Shown: one piece after another, positions 28,020 to 37,669 of the stretch
Position numbering within the stretch: position 1 is the first letter of the stretch
How the letters are laid out: each line of letters starts with the position of its first letter
Translations under genes and position numbers: made by a program
The notes under the pieces: generated by a model
Databases searched by the model: none
Told to the model about the DNA's origin: nothing
Seen by the model: only the letters and a program-made list of their open reading frames with translations
Assembly: GCA_030603395.1 (NCBI GenBank)
Contig: JAUVXX010000002.1
Location: 15,807-79,806, forward strand
Reading direction: 5' to 3'
Length of the DNA: 64,000 nucleotides
Source of the DNA: a bacterium
GTDB taxonomy: Bacteria > Patescibacteriota > Minisyncoccia > Minisyncoccales > CG1-02-41-26

Positions 28020-29878
28020 GTTTGCTTTTTCTTGTAAAGTTCAGCTCCCACCTTCTGGATGGATTGTGAAAGCTCTGAGGTTTTCGCTTTTATTTCTTCA
28101 ACGTTATCACCGTCTTTAATTTTTTTCAAATCAGCAATTTTCTGCTCAATCTCTTTTTTGACCTCTTGAGAAACCTTGTCTCCGGCTTCCTTCAAAGTTT
28201 TCTCAGTGGTGTAGATTAAATTGTCAGCTATATTTCTTGTTTCAATTAATTCTTTCTTTTTTTGGTCCTCAGCAGCGTGCGCCTCGGCTTCTTTCTTCAA
28301 CTTCTCCACCTCCTCTTTATTCAAACCGCTTGAGCCTTCTATACGAATAGATTGACTTTTGCTGGTTGCCTTATCTTGAGCTGAAACATTCAAGATTCCA
28401 TCAGCATCAATATCAAAACTAACTTCAACCTGGGGAATACCTCGGGGAGCCGGAGGGATGCCGTCTAAAATGAATCTGCCCAAACTCTTATTGTCCACCG
28501 CCATGGACCGCTCACCCTGTAAAACATGAACTTCAACTGAGGCTTGACTGTCAGCCGCCGTTGAGAAAATCTGTTTTTTGGATGTAGGAATGGTGGTATT
28601 CTTGGCGATTAAGGTGGTATTAACTCCTCCCAGGGTTTCAATCCCTAAACCCAAAGGGGTAACATCCAACAAAAGAACATCTTTCACTTCTCCCTCTAGT
28701 TTTCTGCCCTCGTCTTTAGCTAAAAGAATTTCGCCTTCAATAGCAGCACCAATAGCAACTACCTCGTCCGGGTTAACATCTTTACTGGGTTCTTTACCAA
28801 AAATTTTCTTAATCTCTTCTTGAATTTTTGGCATTCTGGTCTGGCCCCCCACCAAAACTATTTCGTCAATATCAGCTGCTTGGAGTTTTGCCTCTTTCAA
28901 GGTGCTTTTTACCAGCTCAATTGATTTTTCAATAAACTCTCCGACCATATTTTCCAATTGGGCTCGGGATAGCTTATAAAGGAGATGTTTGGGACCGGAG
29001 CTATCTGAAGTAATAAAGGGAAGGTTTATTTCGGTTTCCTGGGTAGAAGATAGTTCAATCTTTGCCTTCTCCCCTGCCTCTTTAATTCTTTGTAAAGCTA
29101 AGGTGTCTTTTGACAAATCAATGCCCTGGTCTTTTTTAAACTCTTCAACCACCCAATCTATTATTTTTTGGTCAAAATCATCGCCCCCCAGATGAGTATC
29201 CCCTCCGGTAGCTTTAACCTCAACGTGGGGCTCTTTCTTGCCTTTTTCCATCTCTACCTCACCAACTTCTAAAATAGAGATGTCAAAAGTCCCGCCTCCA
29301 AAGTCATAAACCACAATTTTTTCCTCCTCTTTTTTGGTTAAGCCATAAGCTAAAGCGGCTGCAGTTGGTTCGTTAATAACTCTGCGAACCTTCAAGCCAG
29401 CGATTTCTCCAGCCACCTTGGTGGCTTTTCTCTGAGAATCGTCAAAGTAAGCCGGGCAAGTGATGATGGCTTCCTCTATCTTTTCTCCCAATTTTTCTTC
29501 AGCATCTTGCTTTAATTTTTGCAAAATCATAGCTGAAATTTCAGGAGGTCGATACCACCTCTCCCCCATCTTAACTTCCACACCTCCGTCCTTACTTTCT
29601 CTCATCTCGTAAGGGTAAAGTTTTTTGTCTCTTTGGACTTCTGCGTCAGAAAATCTCCTACCCATTAATCTTTTGATGGAAAAGATGGTATTTTGGGGAT
29701 TGGTAATGGTTTGTCTCTTGGCTAAAATTCCGGCTAATCTTTCTCCATTTTTAGCCAGAGCAACTACCGAGGGAGTAGTCCTTGAACCCTCTTTATTTTC
29801 AATTATGGAGGGACTGCCCGTCTCAACCACAGCCATGGCCGAAAAGGTAGTTCCCAGATCAATTCCTAAAATCTTCAT
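28016..29878 (-). CDS. dnaK: Chaperone DnaK
   Basis: [36 protein letters not shown]. Confidence 0.98.
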   Translation of the reverse strand: MKILGIDLGTTFSAMAVVETGSPSIIENKEGSRTTPSVVALAKNGERLAGILAKRQTITNPQNTIFSIKRLMGRRFSDAEVQRDKKLYPYEMRESKDGGVEVKMGERWYRPPEISAMILQKLKQDAEEKLGEKIEEAIITCPAYFDDSQRKATKVAGEIAGLKVRRVINEPTAAALAYGLTKKEEEKIVVYDFGGGTFDISILEVGEVEMEKGKKEPHVEVKATGGDTHLGGDDFDQKIIDWVVEEFKKDQGIDLSKDTLALQRIKEAGEKAKIELSSTQETEINLPFITSDSSGPKHLLYKLSRAQLENMVGEFIEKSIELVKSTLKEAKLQAADIDEIVLVGGQTRMPKIQEEIKKIFGKEPSKDVNPDEVVAIGAAIEGEILLAKDEGRKLEGEVKDVLLLDVTPLGLGIETLGGVNTTLIAKNTTIPTSKKQIFSTAADSQASVEVHVLQGERSMAVDNKSLGRFILDGIPPAPRGIPQVEVSFDIDADGILNVSAQDKATSKSQSIRIEGSSGLNKEEVEKLKKEAEAHAAEDQKKKELIETRNIADNLIYTTEKTLKEAGDKVSQEVKKEIEQKIADLKKIKDGDNVEEIKAKTSELSQSIQKVGAELYKKKQT

Positions 29879-29901
29879 AAATTTATAATGTCATTTGAAT
29901 T

Positions 29902-30396
29902 TTACTTGGTGACCTTTACACGGGCGGACCTGATGACCCTACCTGCTAACTGATAACCTTTTTGGATTACTTCTAAAATTTCTCCTGATTTTTTGTCTTT
30001 TACTCCGACTTCTTCCACGGCTTGGTGAAAATTAGGGTTAAATTTTTCGCCCAAACATTTTATCTCCTCCACCCCTTGTTCTTTCAAAAATCCTTGAAAT
30101 TGTTTCTCAATTTGACTTAAACCCTCCAAGTAATCTGAAAGTTCTTTGCTTTCTGATAATTCTCTCTTTGCTTTTTCAAGGTTATCTAAAACTGGCAAAA
30201 TCTTCAAAATCATCTCAGTTTTCTCTGTCTCGAAAAATTTCTTGAACCTCTCCCCTTCTTCCTTCTTAAAATTAATAAAATCTGCCCGGGAGCGCTGCCA
30301 ACCAGCTAAATATTCCCCTCTTTCTTTCTGGTATTCTTTTAACTTTTTCTTTAAATCTTCAATTTGGCCAGAGGATTTTTTATCTTCTTTTTTCAT
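29902..30396 (-). CDS. grpE: Nucleotide exchange factor GrpE
   Basis: ADFINFKK, LPVLDNL, FNPNFHQAV, QKGY...RVIR. Confidence 0.96.
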   Translation of the reverse strand: MKKEDKKSSGQIEDLKKKLKEYQKERGEYLAGWQRSRADFINFKKEEGERFKKFFETEKTEMILKILPVLDNLEKAKRELSESKELSDYLEGLSQIEKQFQGFLKEQGVEEIKCLGEKFNPNFHQAVEEVGVKDKKSGEILEVIQKGYQLAGRVIRSARVKVTK

Positions 30397-30519
30397 CGTT
30401 TTTTTTCACGTATATTACAATTATACTCATCTAAAATCAGTAATCAAGCCCTATTATAATAAGCGGCAGAGCTGCTTTTCTTGCTTCCTTGACAAAATTA
30501 TTTGTGGTAAAATAAGATA

Positions 30520-31431
30520 ATGCAAATTATCAAAGCGGAAAAATTAACCTGGATTGACATCAAAAATCCCAAAGATGAGGATATCCAATGGTTAAAGAAC
30601 CATTTTGACCTCCACCCTCTGGTCTTGAAAGAACTCCTCCCTCATCTTGATTATCCCAAAATTGAAAACTTTGGTAACTATTTGTTTGTCGTCCTTTTCT
30701 ATCCTTTCTTTGATAGAAAAACTTCCAGAACCATTCCCTTTGAATTAGACATTATTATTTCAAAAAACTACATCATCACCAACCACTACAAAGACATTGT
30801 TCCCCTCAAAGCTATTTTTAATAAATGTAATCTCTACGAGGACATTAGGAGAGAATATACCGACGAAGGTCCAGCCGAACTCTTATATCGAATTATCAAT
30901 CAAATATTTTTAGCCTGCTTCCCGAAACTAAGCCATACCAAACGAAATATTGACGAGATTGAACAACAAATATTTCAAAAAGAGTACAAAAAAACCGTCA
31001 CTCAATTATCTATGGTTAAAAGAGACATTATTGGCTTCCAAAGGATAATTGAACCTCAAAAATTGGTTTTGGTAAATTTAGCCAAAGAGGCCCAGGCCCT
31101 TTTTGATAAGAAATTTCTCCCCTATTTTCATAACCTAATAAGCTTGTTTAACCAGGTACAAAATATCCTCAATACCCGCCATAGAACCCTTAATGCTCTG
31201 GAATCCACCAATCAATTACTCTTGACCACCAAAACTAACGAAATTATAAAACTTTTAACTATTTTTTCAGTTATTGTCTTCCCTTTAAGCTTGCTGGCTG
31301 CAGTCTTTGGCATGAACACAGCCTATCTCCCTTTTGTTGGAGGTCCTCAAGATTTTTGGATAATTTTTGGCATAATGATGGGAGGAGCAATAGCTATGCT
31401 TGTCCTCTTTAAGATAAAAAAGTGGATATAA
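30520..31431 (+). CDS. corA: CorA family Mg2+ transporter
   Basis: C-terminal FGMN signature between two transmembrane helices. Confidence 0.92.
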   Translation: MQIIKAEKLTWIDIKNPKDEDIQWLKNHFDLHPLVLKELLPHLDYPKIENFGNYLFVVLFYPFFDRKTSRTIPFELDIIISKNYIITNHYKDIVPLKAIFNKCNLYEDIRREYTDEGPAELLYRIINQIFLACFPKLSHTKRNIDEIEQQIFQKEYKKTVTQLSMVKRDIIGFQRIIEPQKLVLVNLAKEAQALFDKKFLPYFHNLISLFNQVQNILNTRHRTLNALESTNQLLLTTKTNEIIKLLTIFSVIVFPLSLLAAVFGMNTAYLPFVGGPQDFWIIFGIMMGGAIAMLVLFKIKKWI

Positions 31432-31453
31432 TAGAGCAGGGAAGTCAAAATTT

Positions 31454-33208
31454 ATGAAACTTTCTAGTCGTCTCACCAACTCAATAGCAGCTGGTTTTTT
31501 AATGTTAATGTTTTGTTTAGCTTTCTTCAGCATGAAAGATATCCCAGCCACCACGGATGAAGTACCTCACATTTCAGCCGGTTATTCCTATTTAAGCCAG
31601 AAAGATTTTCGACTTAATCCAGAACATCCCCCTCTAATCAAAGATTTGGCGGCCTTGCCTCTTCTGTCTCAAAACCTCAATTTTCCAGAAAATTATCCTT
31701 CCTGGCTCCAAGGGGTTAATCAACAATGGTGGTTTGGCAATCAATTTTTATATCAATCGGGCAATGATGCTGATAAAATTATCTTTTCGTCACGAATCCC
31801 CATGATTCTAATTTTATTGCTTCTCGGTTGGTTAATTTTCCACTGGGCTCGAAAACTTGGAGGTAATTTTGTGGGTTTAGCTGTCCTGTTTCTCTTTACC
31901 CTCTCACCTACCTTTTTAGCTCACGGCAGACTGGTAACCACTGATGTAGGAGCTGCCCTGGGAATTGTTTTAGCCACTCTTTTCTATCTAAGATTCTTAA
32001 AAAATCCTAAGAAATTAAATATAATTTTAGCTGGCCTTACTTTAGGGATTGCCTTGCTTTTGAAATTCTCTTGCATTTTACTCCTGCCGCTTTTTGTTGT
32101 GATAACCTTAGTTTATGTCTTCCTTTTTCCAGAAAAAAAAGAGGCTAAAAAAGTTTCTAAAAATCTATTAAAATATCTGGGATTGGCTCTCCTTATTTTG
32201 GTAATTGCTGCTTTGGTAATTTGGTTAGTTTATTTATTCCATACCTGGAATTATCCCATAGAGAAACAAGTTGAAGATACCAAATCCCTTTTGAGCTCAA
32301 ATCCCCTCGTTAAAATAAATCTCTGGCTGGCTCAAAGTAAGATTTTCCGGCCCCTCGGCCATTATCTTTTGGGTCTCAGTATGGCAACCCAAAGGGTGGC
32401 CGGGGGAAATACAATCTACTTTTTGGGTAATGTCTCAAACATTGCCTGGTGGTATTATTTCCCGGTTGTTTATTTTCTAAAAGTTCCTCTGGCTTTCCAT
32501 ATTTTAACAATCCTGGCAATTTTATTGGCGTTTCTCTCTGTTTCTATTTCTCGCCTGAAATCCTGGTGTAAAAACCATTTTACTGAACTTACCATGCTAA
32601 TATTTTTAGCAATTTATTGGACAACCTCAATTAAAGGCAATCTAAACATTGGGGTAAGGCATATTCTGCCAATTTTCCCCTTCACTTACATTTTAGTCTG
32701 TCTCGCTATTAAAAATGGCTACCAGAAACTAAAAAGTATTCCTTTAAGGAAAACCATTGTTATTGTTTCACTGATTCTTTTCAGCTGGTATGGATTCTCT
32801 TCTTTAAAAGCTTTTCCTCATTATTTATCTTATTTCAATGAAACAGCCGGGGGTTCAAGCCAGGGGTATAAATTAGTGGTTGATTCAAATTATGATTGGG
32901 GTCAAGATTTAAAATGGCTCAAAAATTGGCTGGAAGAAAACAAGGTTGAGAAAATCTACGTTGATTATTTTGGCGGTGGAGACATTCCCTATTATTTAGG
33001 AGAAAAATATCTTCACTGGCAAGGAACAAAATCTCCCAACGAATTTCCAAAAGGTAATTATCTGGCAGTTTCTGCCACCCTGTTGAAGGGAGGCCAAGGG
33101 ATTCCGGTCAAAGATTTCAACCAACCCACTACCTACTACAATTGGCTCAATAGTTACGCTCCTGTTGCCCGCGCGGGCAACTCCATCTTCATTTACTATA
33201 TTGATTAA
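31454..33208 (+). CDS. GT-C fold membrane glycosyltransferase (PMT/ArnT-like)
   Basis: TTDEVPH, NPEHPPL, HGRLVTTD, many transmembrane helices, DSNYDWGQD. Confidence 0.85.
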   Translation: MKLSSRLTNSIAAGFLMLMFCLAFFSMKDIPATTDEVPHISAGYSYLSQKDFRLNPEHPPLIKDLAALPLLSQNLNFPENYPSWLQGVNQQWWFGNQFLYQSGNDADKIIFSSRIPMILILLLLGWLIFHWARKLGGNFVGLAVLFLFTLSPTFLAHGRLVTTDVGAALGIVLATLFYLRFLKNPKKLNIILAGLTLGIALLLKFSCILLLPLFVVITLVYVFLFPEKKEAKKVSKNLLKYLGLALLILVIAALVIWLVYLFHTWNYPIEKQVEDTKSLLSSNPLVKINLWLAQSKIFRPLGHYLLGLSMATQRVAGGNTIYFLGNVSNIAWWYYFPVVYFLKVPLAFHILTILAILLAFLSVSISRLKSWCKNHFTELTMLIFLAIYWTTSIKGNLNIGVRHILPIFPFTYILVCLAIKNGYQKLKSIPLRKTIVIVSLILFSWYGFSSLKAFPHYLSYFNETAGGSSQGYKLVVDSNYDWGQDLKWLKNWLEENKVEKIYVDYFGGGDIPYYLGEKYLHWQGTKSPNEFPKGNYLAVSATLLKGGQGIPVKDFNQPTTYYNWLNSYAPVARAGNSIFIYYID

Positions 33209-33274
33209 GGTCTTTCATTTATGTTAAGCTATTTTAAAATGTTTTTTTAACAAATTAAGAAGGGAGGAATAGTT

Positions 33275-33559
33275 ATGAAGAGAAAAGTTTTAACTGCAGA
33301 TGATGTCAGGAAAAAGCTGAAACCATTGAACCTCAAATGCAAGCCTGTAAATCCAAATGAGATTGTTGAGATTTATGACGATTGCATGAGAATCCGCAGA
33401 ATACCCCCAATAAGGATGACCAAGAGAGAATATACAAAAATGCGGAATCGACAAATGGGGCAACAGTTGAGAAGATTGAGAGAGTGGTTACAAGAAAAAG
33501 AACGCCTTGAGAAACTGTCTCCAGGGAACAACATAACTTTTGGTTTTGCTTGTCCATAA
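33275..33559 (+). CDS. Hypothetical basic protein (ORFan-like)
   Basis: 94-aa ORF with upstream GGGAGG and a strong downstream hairpin. Confidence 0.6.
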   Translation: MKRKVLTADDVRKKLKPLNLKCKPVNPNEIVEIYDDCMRIRRIPPIRMTKREYTKMRNRQMGQQLRRLREWLQEKERLEKLSPGNNITFGFACP

Positions 33560-33595
33560 TTCCCTCAGGCCCGGCTCATCAGCAGGCCCAATAGC

Positions 33596-33632
33596 AACGA
33601 GAGGTTGTTGGTTCTACCAACAACCTCTCGTT
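33596..33632 (+). terminator. Intrinsic terminator
   Basis: AACGAGAGGTTGTTGGT...ACCAACAACCTCTCGTT long perfect stem followed by a T-rich tail. Confidence 0.85.
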
Positions 33633-33703
33633 TATTTTCCAAAGAATACAAAGAACAGTTCTCTGCACAAATTCAATCGCATAGAGGTCGAACCTCGTGC
33701 GAT

Positions 33704-34498
33704 TTATTTGTAATACACTTTTGAGAAACGGAGGTCGATGTATTGAAGATTTTCTCTATCTTCGGAAGAAATTTCTTTTTCTAAAAGCAAGCTGAGCTTG
33801 GTTAAAATTAAATTAATGTCTCCTGCCAAATCAAAATAGATTTCCCAACCCTCAATTGTCTTGACATCTAAGTTGTCTGAGCCCCTTAAAATAAACTTTT
33901 CTACATCTATCCCCAGGTTTTCCTCCAGTTCATCATGAATTCCCAAAAGCTGATTCATTTTCTCTTTTGGAATAATTTCCTCTCCCAGATTTTTAACCTC
34001 CCCTCCCCTAGAAAATATCTTCACCAAATCCTTCGAGGTTGAACCTCGAAAGATTATTCCGTTATCGTCGATTAAAAAACAGTTATCTTCTTCAAAACAC
34101 CAAATTCCCACAGCTATTCTTTTTTTGACCTCTAAGGTTAAACTTTTGGGAAACTTCTTTTTCAAGATTACTTCTTTTATTTCCGGATACTCTTTTAAAA
34201 TCCTATCCTCTATTTTTTGGGAATTAACTAAAAAGAAAGTGTTTTTACGAAAAAAAATAAAAAAGGAAGTTTCTAATTCTTTCTGCAAAAGGACCTGAAT
34301 TTCTTCTTTAGAAATGTCTTCCGGGGCTGAAATGTCAATTTCTTTTATCCTGAATATTTCAGAAAGAAAAAAGAGGTAAAAAACTAAAATTGCTGAAGCA
34401 AGGATCAAAATAAAAATCCAAAAAAATCGACTCTTTAAAAGCGATTTTCTTTTTTTAAATCTCTTAAACCTCCGATATTTTCTAAATTTCCTTCGCAT
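33704..34498 (-). CDS. ftsQ: FtsQ/DivIB-like POTRA domain cell division protein
   Basis: Basic N-tail, single transmembrane helix, POTRA-like region (KKFPKSLTLEV), C-terminal YIDLRF. Confidence 0.8.
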   Translation of the reverse strand: MRRKFRKYRRFKRFKKRKSLLKSRFFWIFILILASAILVFYLFFLSEIFRIKEIDISAPEDISKEEIQVLLQKELETSFFIFFRKNTFFLVNSQKIEDRILKEYPEIKEVILKKKFPKSLTLEVKKRIAVGIWCFEEDNCFLIDDNGIIFRGSTSKDLVKIFSRGGEVKNLGEEIIPKEKMNQLLGIHDELEENLGIDVEKFILRGSDNLDVKTIEGWEIYFDLAGDINLILTKLSLLLEKEISSEDRENLQYIDLRFSKVYYK

Positions 34499-34502
34499 AA
34501 AC

Positions 34503-35588
34503 TCAAAAGCCTCTCGCTTTTTTCCTTAATTTTTCAAAAACAAAAGTGAACCAGTACTTAAAAGAAAGGGGTAAATCCTGGGTTTTAACGTATTTTTTTT
34601 CATAACCGCCGAAGCCCTTTTTGAACAAACTCAATCCCCAAAAAGGATGCCTTCGATATTTCGACATTTCGACATTTCGAGTATCGGCGATTCCCCAGAA
34701 ATTGTAAAGTTGACAACCCCTTCTTTTGGCCTCTTTGATGGCTTCCCATTGTAAAAGATAAGAAGCGGGAACTTTGGGATATTTTTGAATTGAGGCACCT
34801 TGGTGGTAAAAAGCAATTCCCTGCCAAAAAATGACCAGAGAAGAAGCTAAACATTCTCCCCGGTATTTTGCCAAAAAAATAAGCACTTGATTGTCCGGTA
34901 AAAAGGCTGAAAATTCATTTTTTAAATAATCCAGAGAAAAAGGAACAAAATGATGGCGGTCAACTGTTTTCTGGTACAAAGTATTGAAAACTTCAATGTC
35001 TTGGGAGTTTTGAGATTTTTCTATTTTTAATTCCTCGTTTTTAAAGCCCTGCTTGATTAAATAGCGGGTGGTTTTTCGCATCGCCCGCAAAAGCTCCTCT
35101 TCTGATTTTTCAAGATTTAATTGCCAGGTTATTTCAGGGTGAGTATGCAGGGGAGCCGTTCTCAAACCCAAATCTTTAAATATTTTTTCGTTTTCTTCTG
35201 TTCTTTCCCAAATCGGCGCCACCCTAACAAAACCGCACTGTTCTTGTTTAGCAATCTTTTTCAATTCTTCCAATAAAGCTTTTAAAATTTTGGACTTGGG
35301 GCTTGGGATTTGTTTGGGATTTGGGATTTGGGGTTTGGGATTTTTAATAACCGGTCCATGCGGTAAAAATAAAAACTTCCCTCTTCTTGCTGCAACCCTA
35401 AAAACCTGAGCCACCCCCTTCAAATCACCTTCTTCGTAAACTCCCTGGCGCCAAATCTTACCTCCCATCATCTTTTGAAATTCTCCCCAAGACCAACTTT
35501 GTAAAAAAGTTTTTTCTTGACATCCCGAAAGAAAATCTTCCCATATTTTTTTATCTTTAATTTCTCGAACCTCCATATGTTTATTCAA
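34503..35588 (-). CDS. FemABX-family tRNA-dependent peptidoglycan peptidyltransferase
   Basis: FLQSWSWG, PHGPV, MRKTTRYLI, LLQWEAI, YNFWGI, GLSLFKKGFGG. Confidence 0.9.
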   Translation of the reverse strand: MNKHMEVREIKDKKIWEDFLSGCQEKTFLQSWSWGEFQKMMGGKIWRQGVYEEGDLKGVAQVFRVAARRGKFLFLPHGPVIKNPKPQIPNPKQIPSPKSKILKALLEELKKIAKQEQCGFVRVAPIWERTEENEKIFKDLGLRTAPLHTHPEITWQLNLEKSEEELLRAMRKTTRYLIKQGFKNEELKIEKSQNSQDIEVFNTLYQKTVDRHHFVPFSLDYLKNEFSAFLPDNQVLIFLAKYRGECLASSLVIFWQGIAFYHQGASIQKYPKVPASYLLQWEAIKEAKRRGCQLYNFWGIADTRNVEMSKYRRHPFWGLSLFKKGFGGYEKKYVKTQDLPLSFKYWFTFVFEKLRKKARGF

Positions 35589-36954
35589 TTAACATCTTAA
35601 CTAAAGATTGAGGCACTCGGCTTTCTAAAAGGACGATGTCACCGGGAGTGTTGAAATCTTTTAACTTTTCAAAAATTTCTTTTGGTTTTTCAAGAAGTAA
35701 AATATTATCTGAAGTCATACCAGCTTTTTGGGCGCCTTCCCTTAATTCCCTGAATCTGTCTTTGGTGGTAATGATGGCTAAGTCGCAAATTTCGCCAATC
35801 TTCTCCCCTATTCGTTGATGAACCTCTTTGGAAACAGAACCAAGTTCAATAAGACAGGGCATAACCATAACTTTTTTGCCGGTTCTGCCTTTTAAATAAT
35901 CTAAATGAGCCAGAACACTTTTGGGGTTAGCAGAGTAAGTGCTGTCTATTAAGGTAATATTATTAATGCCTTTTTTAATTTCTATCGGGCTTTTAAAGTC
36001 TGCCAAAGTATTTTCTATCTCTTCCCTGCTCACCCCCAAATATTCTGCGGCTGTGGCAGCCAGAGAAAGGTTCTCAATATCCCAAGGAAATAGCTTTTTA
36101 CCAGCTAAGTCAAACTTATAATCGCTTGAGGAGACAAGATTTTTTGAAACTTTTGTTTCCTGAAAAAGCTGTTGGCAGTATTTATTGTTGCCGTTGAAAA
36201 TTGCCAAACCATTTTGAGGTAAACTCTCTATTAATTCAAATTTTGCCTTGATAATATTTTCTTGAGAACCGAAAGTTGAAAGGTGCTGCTCATTGATACC
36301 GGTTAAAATCCCTATATTGGGTTTGAGCATTTGACAAACTTCCTTTATCTTTCCTCTCTGGTAAGCTCCGATTTCAGCGATAAAAATCTCGTACTCTTGA
36401 GTTAATTCGTTTAAAATGGTTTGAGCAATGCCAATTTCAGCATTAATATGTTTTTTTGTCTTTAAAACCTTGAACTTTTTTGATAAAATTTCAGCCAAAA
36501 ATTCTTTGGTTAAGGTTTTACCATAACTCCCGGTAATGCCAATTACTAAAAGGTTTTTACATCTCTCTATTTTCTGTTTGGCTTTCTTTAATATTCTCTT
36601 TCTTAAAACAAAGGTCGGAACTTGAAAGAATAAAACGAGTAAAGAGGAAATTACTGGGCTTAAAATGAGTAGAATTAAAAGCAAAAGATAAAATATGACA
36701 TTTTCTAAAGGAAAAATATAAAATATTATTAACCACTCCAATAATATCCCAAAAAATAAAATGACAATTGTTTTTTTGGTAAGTTTAGGTAATTTAATCC
36801 AGTGGAAACTAGAGATTATCTTTCTCGCTCTTTGTGTCTCAAAATGAGCTCGGAGTCTGCCAAAGTGATATTCTTTGAGCTGCCATAACCAGACCCAAAA
36901 AAAGAGAGTTTTGAAAAAAATCAAAAACCAAAGAATTGTAATGGTTAATTTCAT
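35581..36954 (-). CDS. murF: Mur ligase, MurF-like, with N-terminal membrane segments
   Basis: GITGSYGKT, EIGAY..G.I, QHLSTFGS, IDSTYSANP, ELG. Confidence 0.85.
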   Translation of the reverse strand: MKLTITILWFLIFFKTLFFWVWLWQLKEYHFGRLRAHFETQRARKIISSFHWIKLPKLTKKTIVILFFGILLEWLIIFYIFPLENVIFYLLLLILLILSPVISSLLVLFFQVPTFVLRKRILKKAKQKIERCKNLLVIGITGSYGKTLTKEFLAEILSKKFKVLKTKKHINAEIGIAQTILNELTQEYEIFIAEIGAYQRGKIKEVCQMLKPNIGILTGINEQHLSTFGSQENIIKAKFELIESLPQNGLAIFNGNNKYCQQLFQETKVSKNLVSSSDYKFDLAGKKLFPWDIENLSLAATAAEYLGVSREEIENTLADFKSPIEIKKGINNITLIDSTYSANPKSVLAHLDYLKGRTGKKVMVMPCLIELGSVSKEVHQRIGEKIGEICDLAIITTKDRFRELREGAQKAGMTSDNILLLEKPKEIFEKLKDFNTPGDIVLLESRVPQSLVKMLIE

Positions 36955-37646
36955 TTCAGAAATTCTTTAATTTTTTGAGCTAAAAGTTGAGGGTTCTCTG
37001 AATGAGGATTGTGTCTAATGTTTTTTAAAATTTCCAACTGAGAGAATTTTATTTCTTCTTTTATTAGATAAGCATCCCTTAATGGAAGGGTTTTATCTTT
37101 TTCACCCCACAAAATTAAAACCGGAACTTTTATTTCTTTCAAAAGGGGTATTAGATCTTCTTCAATTACTTTTTTAAAAGTATCTTTTAAATAACCTTTA
37201 ACTTCTAAATAATCTGTTTTCTTAACCACAAATTTATAGAACAATTTTCTAAAGAAATTATACCTCGGCAAAAAAGAAAATTTTTTGAGGCGAGGAGTTA
37301 AAAATTGGATAGTTAGTTTTTTTAAAGCTCTTTTTGATTCAACACCTCCTGCTGACACCAAAATCAAACCGAAAAGTTTCTGGGGATATTTAATGGCAAA
37401 CTTTATGGCTATTCTTCCTCCAAAGGAATGCCCCAACAAAAAAAATTTCTCTCTGTCTTGAGAAAAATCTTTGAGCCATTCAACATAATCATCCAAATTC
37501 CATGGCTTCTCTAATTCGGTTCCTGGCTTAAAACCGGGAATATCCGGGACAATAACCTCAATTTCGTCACTCTCAATATTTTCTTTCACCTTTTGCCATC
37601 TTTCCTCCGAACTTTGCCAGCCGTGTAAAATAATTAGAGTTTTCAT
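36951..37646 (-). CDS. Alpha/beta hydrolase
   Basis: LHGW, GHSFGG, WGEKD, RHNPH. Confidence 0.92.
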   Translation of the reverse strand: MKTLIILHGWQSSEERWQKVKENIESDEIEVIVPDIPGFKPGTELEKPWNLDDYVEWLKDFSQDREKFFLLGHSFGGRIAIKFAIKYPQKLFGLILVSAGGVESKRALKKLTIQFLTPRLKKFSFLPRYNFFRKLFYKFVVKKTDYLEVKGYLKDTFKKVIEEDLIPLLKEIKVPVLILWGEKDKTLPLRDAYLIKEEIKFSQLEILKNIRHNPHSENPQLLAQKIKEFLK

Positions 37647-37669
37647 TTTCGTAGTGAAGCGAGAGAAAT

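Noticed and set aside
30397..30519. CIRCE/HrcA control of grpE-dnaK-dnaJ
   Set aside because: No TTAGCACTC-N9-GAGTGCTAA and no hrcA; only divergent sigma70-type promoters are visible
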